A DNA stretch of 55,189 bases from a virus (lineage: Duplodnaviria > Caudoviricetes). The notes below the pieces were generated by a model, which saw only the letters and a program-made list of their open reading frames with translations, was not told the origin of the DNA and made no database searches. Each line of letters opens with the position of its first letter. Positions within the stretch are counted from its first letter, which is position 1. A program made the translations under genes and the position numbers. Location: positions 1 through 55,189 of IMG/VR virus record IMGVR_UViG_3300048851_000215; one strand, written 5' to 3'. This document shows positions 19,343-28,412 of this stretch, piece after piece.

Positions 19343-19725
19343 CCGACAACCGCGAGGCGACTGTGCTGCAGTTCGCGATGTTCATGCAGGCCCGGGATGC
19401 CCGCCCCAACGGCCAGTTCACCGGCGTCAGCTGGGAGATGCTCGACGCCCACGGCGGGCAAGCCGAATACCTCAAGGATGCGGAGGCGTATCTCTCCGCC
19501 ATCGAGCTCCTCGGCTACGCGCCGGCCACGCCCACCACCACCGCGCTGTACCCCGAGGAGATCGAGGCGCTTCCGGATCGAACAGTCATTCGCGACAAGC
19601 AAGGCGACGTGTGGGAGCGCCGCGGGAAGCTCTGGTGCTCGTACGAAATGAGCCCCTGCGACTCGGTGCTTGTCTCCCGGAAGTGGGCACCCGTGACCGT
19701 GCTCCACCGTGGGGTGTCCGCATGA
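19339..19725 (+). CDS. Hypothetical protein
   Basis: ATGA coupling at both ends. Confidence 0.6.
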   Translation: MTDNREATVLQFAMFMQARDARPNGQFTGVSWEMLDAHGGQAEYLKDAEAYLSAIELLGYAPATPTTTALYPEEIEALPDRTVIRDKQGDVWERRGKLWCSYEMSPCDSVLVSRKWAPVTVLHRGVSA

Positions 19726-20251
19726 CCGCCGAGAACGAGGGAGCCCCTCGTGGCGACTGGATGCAGACGTACGGAGGCGGCCGGTTCTATCTCCGCAACC
19801 CGCGCGCCGACGAGGTCGAGCCCGCAGACATCGCACATGCACTGTCGCTGCTGTGCCGCTACAACGGTCACATCGACCGCTTCTACAGTGTGGCTGAGCA
19901 TTGCGTGCTGCTCAGCCACGCCGTCCCTGAGAAGTTCGCGCTCGACGCGCTGCTGCACGACGCGACCGAGGCCTACGTCGGCGACATGATCCGCCCCCTG
20001 AAGCGCACGATGAACGAGTACCAGATGGTCGAACGCTACGTGATGAACGCCATCGCCGAACGCTTCGACATCACGAACAGCTGGGGGCGCAGCTACAGCA
20101 TGCCGGCCGAGGTTTGCCCGACACCACGAACCGGTGGGCCATCGACGACACCCACGAGCCGCTCGGCGTGAAGATCCGGGGTTGGAAGCCGTCGAAGGCT
20201 GAGCGGAAGTACCTCGAGCGCTTGTCTGAACTCACCGGGGAGGTTCTGTGA
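19722..20251 (+). pseudogene. HD-domain (YfbR-like) nucleotidase, frameshifted near 20113
   Basis: DIAHALS..CRYNGH, YSVAEH, LLHDATEAY; plausible C-terminus lies in another frame ending at 20251. Confidence 0.7.
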
Positions 20252-20709
20252 TGGACGACGAGACACGAGTGCGACCGAAGACCGTTGTTCCCGTAGGCGT
20301 TCTCGTGCGGTGGCTAACCGAACCGCAGCTTGCGCTGTGGCCCGACCACCTCACGATCGATGAGTTGATGCGTCAGGCGGCTGCGAACATCGAGGCGCAA
20401 CAGGCCGCGGGTCGCGAGATGGCGATAGTACACGGTGACCTGTTGGACCGCCTGCGTACCGCTGAGGCCGAACGCGACGAGCTGCGCAAAAAGCTGACGC
20501 GGCCCCTGGAGCCAGACTCGCACGACGCCGACTGGTGGCGACGCGCCTCATCGTTCTGGGCGGGACAAGACGAGACTCATGAGCGCGATCTCCGAGCCGC
20601 CGAGGCGAGGGTGGCAGAAGCAGAGAAAATCCTCCTGGGCGGGCTCGGCAAGTCCTGGAACCGCGTGGTGGACGACGCCATTCGGGCGCTGAGAGGAGCG
20701 GGCCAGTGA
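20251..20709 (+). CDS. Hypothetical coiled-coil protein
   Basis: TGATG coupling. Confidence 0.55.
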   Translation: MDDETRVRPKTVVPVGVLVRWLTEPQLALWPDHLTIDELMRQAAANIEAQQAAGREMAIVHGDLLDRLRTAEAERDELRKKLTRPLEPDSHDADWWRRASSFWAGQDETHERDLRAAEARVAEAEKILLGGLGKSWNRVVDDAIRALRGAGQ

Positions 20710-21176
20710 TGCGCATCCTCACCGTGCGTCAACCATGGGCTCAGATGATCGCCGACGGGCACAAGCACGTCGAGAACCGCGTCCGCAACATCGCCGGCGA
20801 CTACCGCGGCCTCGTCGCCATCCACGCCGGCGCCCGCGAAGACGTCGGCGCACGCGAGCACCCTGAGGTGCAGCGCATCGCCCGCGACATCTGGTGGACC
20901 GACCCCGCCAGTCTGCACGTCGGGCAGCCTCGCGCGTTCGGCCACATCCTCGCCGTAGCGAACCTCTGGGCCGTGCACCACCACGACGGCACACCAGGCA
21001 TGCGATGCTGCCCGAACGCGCCAGAGCGCTACACGAGATGGGCCGAGCCCGACGTCTGGCACCTCTGCTTCTCGTCCCCCCGCAAGCTGGCCGAGCCGAT
21101 CCCGTTCAAGGGCGCGCTCGGCCTCCGCACCCTTCCGGCCGACGTTGAGGCCGCTATCCGAGAGCAGGTGAAGTGA
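20709..21176 (+). CDS. ASCH-domain protein
   Basis: ILTVRQPWA, GHKHVENR, YRGLVAIHAG, PIPFKGALGL. Confidence 0.85.
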   Translation: MRILTVRQPWAQMIADGHKHVENRVRNIAGDYRGLVAIHAGAREDVGAREHPEVQRIARDIWWTDPASLHVGQPRAFGHILAVANLWAVHHHDGTPGMRCCPNAPERYTRWAEPDVWHLCFSSPRKLAEPIPFKGALGLRTLPADVEAAIREQVK

Positions 21177-21316
21177 TGCCCGAACAGGTCGGATATGTAG
21201 TCCTGCCTGCCGTCATTGCCAGACCGGGCGACATCTTCATCCTCGGCGGGCCGCCCGTCGTCGACATCGAACTGACGCTCATGGACGACGGCACAGTGCG
21301 ATGGGAGCGTGCGTGA
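21176..21316 (+). CDS. Small hypothetical protein (46 aa)
   Basis: Hand-translated; TGATG coupling at both ends. Confidence 0.5.
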   Translation: MPEQVGYVVLPAVIARPGDIFILGGPPVVDIELTLMDDGTVRWERA

Positions 21317-21606
21317 TGCCCGAACGCATTCAGCTGTCACGCCGCAAGGGATGGCGGAAGCCCGAGAACACCGTGGTTGTCGCGCGGCCGTCGGCGTGGG
21401 GCAACCCGTTCCGTGTCGGCGTCAACGCTTTCAACCGAGCGAACGCCGTTGACCAGTTCCGCGAGCTGGTCACGCGGCCGGGCCTCTCGTTCGCAGGCTT
21501 CCGCCAGCAGGTCAAGCTCGAGCTTGCTGGCAAGAACCTCGCCTGCTGGTGCCCGCTCGACGAGCCCTGCCACGCTGACGTGCTCCTCGAGATAGCGAAC
21601 AGCTGA
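21316..21606 (+). CDS. DUF4326 protein
   Basis: RPSAWGNPF, LAGKNLACWC, CHADVL. Confidence 0.85.
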   Translation: MPERIQLSRRKGWRKPENTVVVARPSAWGNPFRVGVNAFNRANAVDQFRELVTRPGLSFAGFRQQVKLELAGKNLACWCPLDEPCHADVLLEIANS

Positions 21607-21851
21607 TGCCCGAAATCGACACGATGTTCCAGAGTCCCGGCGAGCCCGAGTTGCGCATCACTCTGTCGTACCCGCAGATCGCGGGCAACACCAACACAAT
21701 CCGCCTGCAGCTCGGCGACGTGCGCGCAGCCGACGACATTCTCGTCCGCTACGACTTCGACCGCGACGGCTGGGCCATCACCACCGACAACGGCACGGAG
21801 ACTGCGTTCGTGCCAGCCTGGCCCGACGGGTTCGGAGGCGACGATGGCTGA
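21606..21851 (+). CDS. Hypothetical protein
   Basis: TGATG coupling. Confidence 0.55.
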   Translation: MPEIDTMFQSPGEPELRITLSYPQIAGNTNTIRLQLGDVRAADDILVRYDFDRDGWAITTDNGTETAFVPAWPDGFGGDDG

Positions 21852-22047
21852 CGACCTCGACCTCAACGTGTGGGTCACCGTCGCCCAAGCCGCGAAACTC
21901 GTAGGCCGCACCGAGCGCTCAATCTACCTCTGGATCGACGCCCACCGCGTCACCCCCAGGAAGAACGACGACGGCGTGCTCATCGTCCGATACGGCGCCC
22001 TTCTCAAAGCAGAAGCGGGCATCCGGCGCGGCCGGCCGAGATCCTAG
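21844..22047 (+). CDS. Small HTH DNA-binding protein (possible late regulator)
   Basis: VTVAQAAKLVGRTERSIYLW, RRGRPR; last gene of early block. Confidence 0.7.
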   Translation: MADDLDLNVWVTVAQAAKLVGRTERSIYLWIDAHRVTPRKNDDGVLIVRYGALLKAEAGIRRGRPRS

Positions 22048-22169
22048 ACACGCCCACCGACACCCGAACCCTTCAAATTCTTCACTCAGGTGAATATAGA
22101 TTCAGGGCTTCGGCCGTGCCGCGTGCCCAACCCCAAACTCCGGCGAGACTCCTTCATCCCGCTGGCCCG

Positions 22170-22198
22170 GCCGGTCGACATGCGCGTGTCGACCGGCC
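22170..22198 (+). other. Hairpin in early/late intergenic region
   Basis: GCCGGTCGACA-TGCGCG-TGTCGACCGGC. Confidence 0.55.
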
Positions 22199-22220
22199 AT
22201 TGTCTTCCCCAGGAGCAACC

Positions 22221-22319
22221 GTGACAGACCCGTACCGCTGCGCCGTGTGCCTCGCCCCGAAGGTCGTCCCGTCGCTCGCCCGCGACTGCGAGCTTCGGCA
22301 CGAAGCCGCTACGCGATAG
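22221..22319 (+). CDS. Small zinc-finger-like peptide (32 aa)
   Basis: AGGAG RBS; CAVC...DCELRH. Confidence 0.5.
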   Translation: MTDPYRCAVCLAPKVVPSLARDCELRHEAATR

Positions 22320-22719
22320 CCTGTCGCCGCTCCCACTCGTCGATGCCGAGGCGTTGCATCTCGTCGACGTCCGCACTGATCGCGGCGCGGTCCTGTCCAT
22401 GCCGCGGCGATACGCCCGGCGGGATACGGTAGCGCTGCGGCTTCTGCCCTGGCCTCCCGGCGCGGTTGTGGACCGGGCGCTCCGACAGAATCGCTTCATG
22501 CTCGGCGCGAGCGGCATCCTCGACAGACTCGAACCACTCGACCCGAGTTGCCGTCTTCACCACTTCCGGCCACCACGGCTTGTCCTGCCCGTGCCCGTAC
22601 ATCCGGGCCTTCACGTTCTTCGTCGCGCCGATGTAGAGCAATACGCCCGCTGCATCGAAGAGGCGATAGACCGCGAAGCCGGGCACGCCGTCGTACTGAC
22701 TCCAGTGCGAGACTTTCAC
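22309..22719 (-). CDS. GIY-YIG nuclease-family protein
   Basis: AVYRLF...LLYIGAT, R..GH, KPWW, AE..AI..ERPVHN. Confidence 0.85.
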   Translation of the reverse strand: MKVSHWSQYDGVPGFAVYRLFDAAGVLLYIGATKNVKARMYGHGQDKPWWPEVVKTATRVEWFESVEDAARAEHEAILSERPVHNRAGRPGQKPQRYRIPPGVSPRHGQDRAAISADVDEMQRLGIDEWERRQAIA

Positions 22720-22925
22720 GGCTCCGCCTTCGGCCGCCCCTGGGGGCCGCTCGGTCGTGATGCTCTGATCGCGCCGTGCACGGTCATCCCGAGGCGCTCG
22801 GCGATCTCTGGCCATGTGTGTTGCGCCGCGCGCGCTTCGAGGATGAGTTCGGCACGGCGCGCTGGCATCTTCGCCATGCGCGCGTTGAACGCTTCGAGAT
22901 CGTCGAGGGTGTGGTCTTCTGCCAT
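22716..22925 (-). CDS. Small HTH regulator
   Basis: RAELILEAR...TWPEIAERLGMT; GTGA-coupled to GIY-YIG gene. Confidence 0.7.
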   Translation of the reverse strand: MAEDHTLDDLEAFNARMAKMPARRAELILEARAAQHTWPEIAERLGMTVHGAIRASRPSGPQGRPKAEP

Positions 22926-22941
22926 GCTCTGACCATAACAG

Positions 22942-22994
22942 GGTATGTAAAAAGAATTGCATACCTCGTCAGGACATGTAATACTAATTACATG
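22942..22994. promoter_or_regulatory. AT-rich divergent promoter region with two inverted repeats
   Basis: GGTATGTAA-N6-TTGCATACC (22942-22965) and CATGTAAT-ACTA-ATTACATG (22975-22994). Confidence 0.65.
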
Positions 22995-23201
22995 CTTGCC
23001 TCAACTACCAACCCGGTCCTCACCAACCTCCGCCGCACCGCCCGCATCCTCGGCAAGCCCCAGTCGGCCGTCGCCGCCAACTGGCTCAACACCCCCGCCA
23101 AGACGCGCCCGTACTCGACCGCCCGCCACCTCGGTATGACCCGCGCCCAGTACAACGAGGGCCAGTCCATCATCCGCCGCCTCGCGGAGTGCGCACGATG
23201 A
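22992..23201 (+). CDS. Hypothetical protein
   Basis: ATG at end of palindrome; high GC3; coupled to next gene. Confidence 0.6.
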   Translation: MLASTTNPVLTNLRRTARILGKPQSAVAANWLNTPAKTRPYSTARHLGMTRAQYNEGQSIIRRLAECAR

Positions 23202-23563
23202 CCGCCCTGCACGACGACTCGCCCATCACCATCGCGCGCGACGCCCGCAAGGCCTTCCGCTCCGCGTTCCCCACCGCGAAGTTCAGCCTCACCGGCCAGC
23301 GCGGCACCGGTTACGGCTGGTTCAGCCTCAGCTGGACCGATGGCCCCACCCGCGCCCAGGTCGAAGAGGTCATCGCCCCGTTCGACGCCCGCCTTGGCCA
23401 GTACCACTCGATCCTCATCTCCCGACACTTCTCGCAGGACGCCCGCGACCGTGCCGCCGCCGAGATCGCCGCTCACCCCGGCCGCTGGTTCTCCCAGGAC
23501 GACACCCCGGGCAGCAACTACTTCGAGACGATGCGCTGCCTCACCGAACTCGACCTCACCTGA
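23198..23563 (+). CDS. LPD29-like domain protein
   Basis: AFPTAKFSL...SWTDGPTRAQVEE pattern. Confidence 0.65.
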   Translation: MTALHDDSPITIARDARKAFRSAFPTAKFSLTGQRGTGYGWFSLSWTDGPTRAQVEEVIAPFDARLGQYHSILISRHFSQDARDRAAAEIAAHPGRWFSQDDTPGSNYFETMRCLTELDLT

Positions 23564-23580
23564 CCCGAGGGAGACGGAAC

Positions 23581-23751
23581 ATGGCAGAGAAGCGCCGCGG
23601 CCGAGACTGCCAGTCCGACGAGTGCGAAGCCACCGTCGAGGACGGCCCGCTGTACCGGGTGAACCCGAAGGGCGTCTCCGGCATCTTCATGTGCGAGCTC
23701 CACGCCCGCGAGGTCAACCATTGGAACGCCCGCCTCCGCGAGAGCGCATAG
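23581..23751 (+). CDS. Small zinc-binding protein (56 aa)
   Basis: GGGAG RBS; hand-translated CQSDEC...YRVNPKG...CELH. Confidence 0.55.
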   Translation: MAEKRRGRDCQSDECEATVEDGPLYRVNPKGVSGIFMCELHAREVNHWNARLRESA

Positions 23752-23767
23752 CAACACCCCGAGTACT

Positions 23768-23825
23768 CGAAGCCCCTGACGCAGTCGGCCCACGTAGGTC
23801 GAGTCTGCCGGGGGCTTCGCTTTTT
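23768..23825 (+). terminator. Intrinsic terminator-like hairpin
   Basis: CGAAGCCCC...GGGGCTTCG followed by CTTTTT. Confidence 0.65.
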
Positions 23826-23931
23826 GGCCTCGAGATTGCCGCACAGGTGTACGCGAGGCAGCGCACCATTTCCACCCCCTGAGCCAGGCGCTCACCGGGT
23901 CGCCCCCAAGTCCGAAGCCGAGGTGATTGCC

Positions 23932-24453
23932 GTGGCCCGCGCAACATTCGATGCCCCCTTGCGCGCGAGGGCTCGCCAGCTCTACGACGACGGCCTGTCC
24001 TGCAACGCGATCGCGAAGGAGCTTGGCTTCGCCCCGTCGACGATCAGTCGGTGGGCGGCGAAGGAAAAGCTCCCATTCGATCGGGAGCAGACAGCCCTTG
24101 CGGTGAGGGCTCATACGGTCGACCTGGCTGCGTCCCGGATGCTGCTTGCCCAGAAGCTGATGCTGGTGGCGCACGAGGATGTCGACGGGTTGAACGCCCC
24201 GCATCTCGTGTACAACTTCGGGGGCAAGGACAACACCTACGAGGAACACACTCTCCCTCGCGCTCCGGTCGATGTTCGGGCGAAGGTCGTGCAGCTGTCA
24301 AGCACGGCAATCACTGCGGCAACGAAGATCCTCGAGAAGGACACGGGCGGGCTCGACGACGCGCTTGGCGTGCTCGATGCGCTGGCGGGCAACATGCACG
24401 CGGCGGCTGAGCTGCTGCGTGCGCAGGAGGAGACTCCGGCTGATGGATCTTGA
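23932..24453 (+). CDS. Terminase small subunit (HTH)
   Basis: GLSCNAIAKELGFAPSTISRW; immediately upstream of TerL; GAGGTG RBS. Confidence 0.75.
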   Translation: MARATFDAPLRARARQLYDDGLSCNAIAKELGFAPSTISRWAAKEKLPFDREQTALAVRAHTVDLAASRMLLAQKLMLVAHEDVDGLNAPHLVYNFGGKDNTYEEHTLPRAPVDVRAKVVQLSSTAITAATKILEKDTGGLDDALGVLDALAGNMHAAAELLRAQEETPADGS

Positions 24454-25723
24454 CGCGATGCTGAAGCAGGTGTCGAAGGCGCAGCTGCTCTCGATCGTGG
24501 AGAGTGCGTCGAAGAAGATCGCGTTGTGGTTCGGGTCGGTGTCGGCCGGCAAGACGGTGGCGTCCCTGATCGCGTTCCTCATCGCTGTGCGTCTCGCACC
24601 GCGCAAGGGCCTGATCATCATCGTCGGGAAGACGCTGGCCACGATCTACGCGAACGTGTTCGTGCTCCTTCAGGACCGCGACATCTTCGGTGCGAAGATC
24701 AGCTCCCAGGTCATCTACACGCCCGGCGCGACGTCTGCTGTGATCCTCGGCCGCGAAGTACTCCTGATCGGCGCGAACAACGCCGAGTCGGTCGGCAAGA
24801 TCCAGGGCAAGACCGTGGTGCTCGCCTACGTCGACGAAGCTGTGCTGCTGCCCGAGGCGTTCTGGAACATGCTGGTGTCTCGTCTCCGCGTCGACGGCGC
24901 CCGCCTGCTGGCCACAATGAACCCCGCTTCCATGAACCACTGGATGCGTAAAGAGTGGATTCTCAAGGCCGCGCAGAAGAACCTCATCGCATTCCACTTC
25001 ACGATGAAGGACAACCCGCGTCTCCCCGCCGGCTACGAAGCAGACATGGAAGCCGCGTACACCGGTGTCTTCTACGACCGCATGATCAAGGGCGAGTGGA
25101 CGAACGCCGCCGGCGCCGTGTACCCGATGTGGGACGAGCGCCGCCACGTCATCCGCTTCGAGGACATGCCACGCATCGCGCAGGTGTTCGCCGACGGCAT
25201 CGACTTCGGCGTCTCGAACGCCTCCGCCGCACTGCGCGTCGGGATCACTCGCGAGCAGAAGCCCCGCCTGATCCTCATGGACGAGTGGCGGTACGACCCC
25301 CGCGACCACCACGGCGCGACGCTGGCACCATCCGACCAGGCCGCGATGTACCGGGCGTGGACCCGCGAGCAGCACACACCCTTCGAGGCGTTCCTCGCCC
25401 CTGCCTACAACATCGTGGACCCGGCAGCGCTCGCGTTCTCCGCCGAGCTCCGCAAGTTCGACGAGCTGACCCTGCAGGGCGCACACAACAAGGTGCTGCC
25501 CGGCATCGCGTCCGTGTCGAGGCTGCTGGCCAACGACCAGCTGATCGTCACCGACCGCTGCAGGGGCTTCACCACGGAGGTCACCGAGTACCGGTGGGAC
25601 CCGAAGGCCACCGAACAGGGCGAAGACGACGTGATCAAGGAAGACGACCACTCGCTCGACGCCGCCCGTTACGGCATCCACACGACCCGCTCGATGTGGC
25701 AGTACGACCTCCAAGCAGCATGA
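24443..25723 (+). CDS. Terminase large subunit (PBSX-like)
   Basis: GSVSAGKT, YVDEA, TMNP, GIDFG, DHSLDAARY. Confidence 0.95.
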   Translation: MDLDAMLKQVSKAQLLSIVESASKKIALWFGSVSAGKTVASLIAFLIAVRLAPRKGLIIIVGKTLATIYANVFVLLQDRDIFGAKISSQVIYTPGATSAVILGREVLLIGANNAESVGKIQGKTVVLAYVDEAVLLPEAFWNMLVSRLRVDGARLLATMNPASMNHWMRKEWILKAAQKNLIAFHFTMKDNPRLPAGYEADMEAAYTGVFYDRMIKGEWTNAAGAVYPMWDERRHVIRFEDMPRIAQVFADGIDFGVSNASAALRVGITREQKPRLILMDEWRYDPRDHHGATLAPSDQAAMYRAWTREQHTPFEAFLAPAYNIVDPAALAFSAELRKFDELTLQGAHNKVLPGIASVSRLLANDQLIVTDRCRGFTTEVTEYRWDPKATEQGEDDVIKEDDHSLDAARYGIHTTRSMWQYDLQAA

Positions 25724-25739
25724 CCGGAAGGGAGCTCGC

Positions 25740-27368
25740 ATGGCCGCGTTCCCGCCCGCCCCGTACGACGAGGCTCTCCGCCAGCTCGGGATCTACGACG
25801 CCTGGTACACCGGTCAGATTGGGATGCTGCCGGGCGGGACCGGCACACCCACGTCGGTGGCTGGCGGTGTGCAGTACTCGTCCGGCTCGTACATCACCCG
25901 CCCGATCCGTTCAAATTCGGGCGAGAACCGTTCGGAGCTGCACATCCCCGTCGCGGGCGACCTTGCCATGCTGTCCGCGGACCTGCTGTTCGCTGAGGCA
26001 CCGAAGATCACCCTCCCGGATTCGCAGGACACAGCCGACCGGCCGGCGGCTCCGGAGCGGAAGGCGGCTCAGGAGCGACTCGAAATGATCGTGTCCTCCG
26101 ATGAGGGCCACGCTGAGCTGCTGCGCTCGGGCGAGTACGCGTCCGCACACGGCGGCGCCTACCTCGCCGTGGTGTGGGACACGTCTCTGCGCGAGCACGT
26201 CTGGTTCCGGGCGTACCGCGCCGACTGCGCCATGCCCGAGTTCAAGCACGGCATCCTCTCCGCGGTCACCCTCTGGACCGACTACACGAAAGACGAGGAC
26301 GTTTACCGGCTCCTCGAGCGGCACACCCCCGGGCAGATCAAGTACTCCCTGTTCAAGGGCACCGACGTCGACCAGGGCCGCCAGGTTTCGCTCGACACCA
26401 TCGATGACACCGCGCACTACCTCAAGATCGTCGACGTCACGGACGCCGAGCGACTGCCTGAGGCTGAGTCCCTCGACGTGGTTGTCGCGACCGGTGTGCC
26501 GTGGCTCGCCGTCGAGTACTTCCCGAACATGCTGCCCAACCCGATCTGGGACAAGAAGGGGCTGCTCGCCAACCTCGGCCGGTCGGACTTCTTCCAGCTG
26601 GAGCCGCTGTTCGAGCGCATCAACTCGCTGTGGTCGTCGCTGATGCGCGACTTCGACAACGGCATGGGCCGCCTCACCGTCCCCGAGTCGTACCTGAAGC
26701 TCAACGGGCCCGGCGCCGGCGCACAGTTCGACATGGCCCGGCAGGTGTACTCCCCCGTCGGCGGTCTCGTCGACGACGGCAAGGGCGGCGCGATCACGAT
26801 CTCGCAGTTCGAGATCCGCGTCACCGAGCACCTCGAGGGCATCGTCGCGCTGAAGCGGGAGATCGCACAGCGCATCGGTTACTCACCCGCACACCTGGGC
26901 ATCCAGGGCAGCGGTAGCGTCAAGACGGCCACCGAGGTGAACGCCGACTTCCGCGACTCGGAGCGCACCCGCGACAAGAAGGCCCTGTACGTGCGTCCCG
27001 CGCTCGGCCGCCTGTCGCGCACGGCGCTGGCGATCGACTCGCTCGTGTTCCCCGGGAAGGGCGGGCAGATCATCAACGAACTGCCCGACATCGAGTTCGC
27101 TGAGGTGTCGCAGATCGACCCGCTTGTGCGCGCACAGACGGTGCAGATGCTCGACGCTGGCGGCGCGATCTCCACGTACCGGAAGGTGCGGAAGGCGCAG
27201 CCGGAGCTCGACGACAAGGAAGCTCGCGAGGAGGCCGACGAGATCCGCCGCGAGCGGGGTATCGGCACCGCGCCGGACCCGACGACGTTCGATGGCGGCG
27301 ACGCCCGCGAGCAGTTGACCGATCCGGGAGCGGATGACACCGATCCGCTCGACCCGCCTGAGGTGTAG
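25740..27368 (+). CDS. Portal protein
   Basis: Follows TerL; LHIPVAGD, LGRSDF, QFEIRVTEH, KTATEV. Confidence 0.9.
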   Translation: MAAFPPAPYDEALRQLGIYDAWYTGQIGMLPGGTGTPTSVAGGVQYSSGSYITRPIRSNSGENRSELHIPVAGDLAMLSADLLFAEAPKITLPDSQDTADRPAAPERKAAQERLEMIVSSDEGHAELLRSGEYASAHGGAYLAVVWDTSLREHVWFRAYRADCAMPEFKHGILSAVTLWTDYTKDEDVYRLLERHTPGQIKYSLFKGTDVDQGRQVSLDTIDDTAHYLKIVDVTDAERLPEAESLDVVVATGVPWLAVEYFPNMLPNPIWDKKGLLANLGRSDFFQLEPLFERINSLWSSLMRDFDNGMGRLTVPESYLKLNGPGAGAQFDMARQVYSPVGGLVDDGKGGAITISQFEIRVTEHLEGIVALKREIAQRIGYSPAHLGIQGSGSVKTATEVNADFRDSERTRDKKALYVRPALGRLSRTALAIDSLVFPGKGGQIINELPDIEFAEVSQIDPLVRAQTVQMLDAGGAISTYRKVRKAQPELDDKEAREEADEIRRERGIGTAPDPTTFDGGDAREQLTDPGADDTDPLDPPEV

Positions 27369-27370
27369 TC

Positions 27371-27535
27371 GTGCGCTGTTGTGCACGGTGCGGTGCCGAG
27401 CGGGTCACGTCGCCGGCGTCGCACACCGTCCGCGGGGTGACCGCGTACTACTGCGACGACCCGGACGCGCCGACGGCGACCTGCTACCAACTGGCGAAGT
27501 GGTCGGGGTTCCCCGAGTTCGTCGGCCTCGTCTGA
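27371..27535 (+). CDS. Small Cys-rich hypothetical protein
   Basis: Hand-translated MRCCARCG...YYC...TCY. Confidence 0.4.
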   Translation: MRCCARCGAERVTSPASHTVRGVTAYYCDDPDAPTATCYQLAKWSGFPEFVGLV

Positions 27536-27621
27536 TCAAGCCCTGTCGTGCACCCTGCCAAGCGCGCCTGACCCGCGTCGATGGTGGCCGGAGCGGCAGG
27601 CCTAACCGGAAGGAAGCCGCC

Positions 27622-27849
27622 ATGGCCGCACTGAAACCGCTCAAGTGTGAGCTGCTCATCTCGATCGAGGGAGCGAAGCCAACGATCATCGCGCATTTCC
27701 AGATCGAGCGGCATCTGAAGGTCGAATCGGTGAGCGCGGACGATTCGCGAAAGACGACTGTAGCCGCCACGCTTCGCGTCGGCGGGTATCGGGCTGAGAT
27801 TGCGCGTGCACTGCGGGAAGCTGCGCTGCAGGTCGAGAGTTCAGGTTGA
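27622..27849 (+). CDS. Hypothetical protein
   Basis: AAGGA RBS before ATG. Confidence 0.55.
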   Translation: MAALKPLKCELLISIEGAKPTIIAHFQIERHLKVESVSADDSRKTTVAATLRVGGYRAEIARALREAALQVESSG

Positions 27850-27856
27850 CGCGCCG

Positions 27857-28093
27857 ATGATCAAGTCGCTGTGGGCAGTTGTGCAGGGTGACCCCGTCTT
27901 CATGCGTCGCATCAACGGGTGGCTGGCGCTCGCCTGGATCGTCATGATCCCCGTCTCGTTTCTCACGGGTCTCGCGTCGCTCACGCAGTACGTGACCGCC
28001 CTCTCGCTGTGGGCTCTCGTATCCGGTCACTGGGCCGCGTGGCAGGCCGCCCGAGTCGAAGTGAAGCAGGACGAACAGGAGGGGCCCCGATGA
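27857..28093 (+). CDS. Small membrane protein
   Basis: Two hydrophobic segments. Confidence 0.6.
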   Translation: MIKSLWAVVQGDPVFMRRINGWLALAWIVMIPVSFLTGLASLTQYVTALSLWALVSGHWAAWQAARVEVKQDEQEGPR

Positions 28094-28230
28094 ATGAACG
28101 CTGCACCGCGAACCAATGGGCGCCGTTCTGGTGGTGTTCCCGCCCCTCCCACCACGTTGGCCCGTGCGCATTGCGGCCCGCATGGTGGAACGTCATCGGA
28201 CGTTTCGTCGAGTGGAAGGCGTCTCGGTGA
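28090..28230 (+). CDS. Small Cys/His/Trp-rich protein
   Basis: GGAGG RBS, ATGA coupling. Confidence 0.5.
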   Translation: MNERCTANQWAPFWWCSRPSHHVGPCALRPAWWNVIGRFVEWKASR

Positions 28231-28412
28231 TACCCGGGACGTCAGCCGCGCTGTGGCTGGTCTGTTTCATCATCTCGGTGCTGCTCATCTGGGCGTCACC
28301 GAACACCCACCGGCGTCACCGCGGCCCGACGTGGTTCGAAATCATGCCGACTCTGCCGGAGTCGAAGAAGGCCCGCGGGCGGGCACAGCAGAAGAAGCGG
28401 AGGCGGAAGTGA
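28227..28412 (+). CDS. Small membrane protein with basic tail
   Basis: N-terminal TM; GTGA coupling at both ends. Confidence 0.5.
   Translation: MIPGTSAALWLVCFIISVLLIWASPNTHRRHRGPTWFEIMPTLPESKKARGRAQQKKRRRK

Noticed and set aside
24311-25741. 476-aa minus-strand ORF
   Set aside because: Shadow of terminase large subunit
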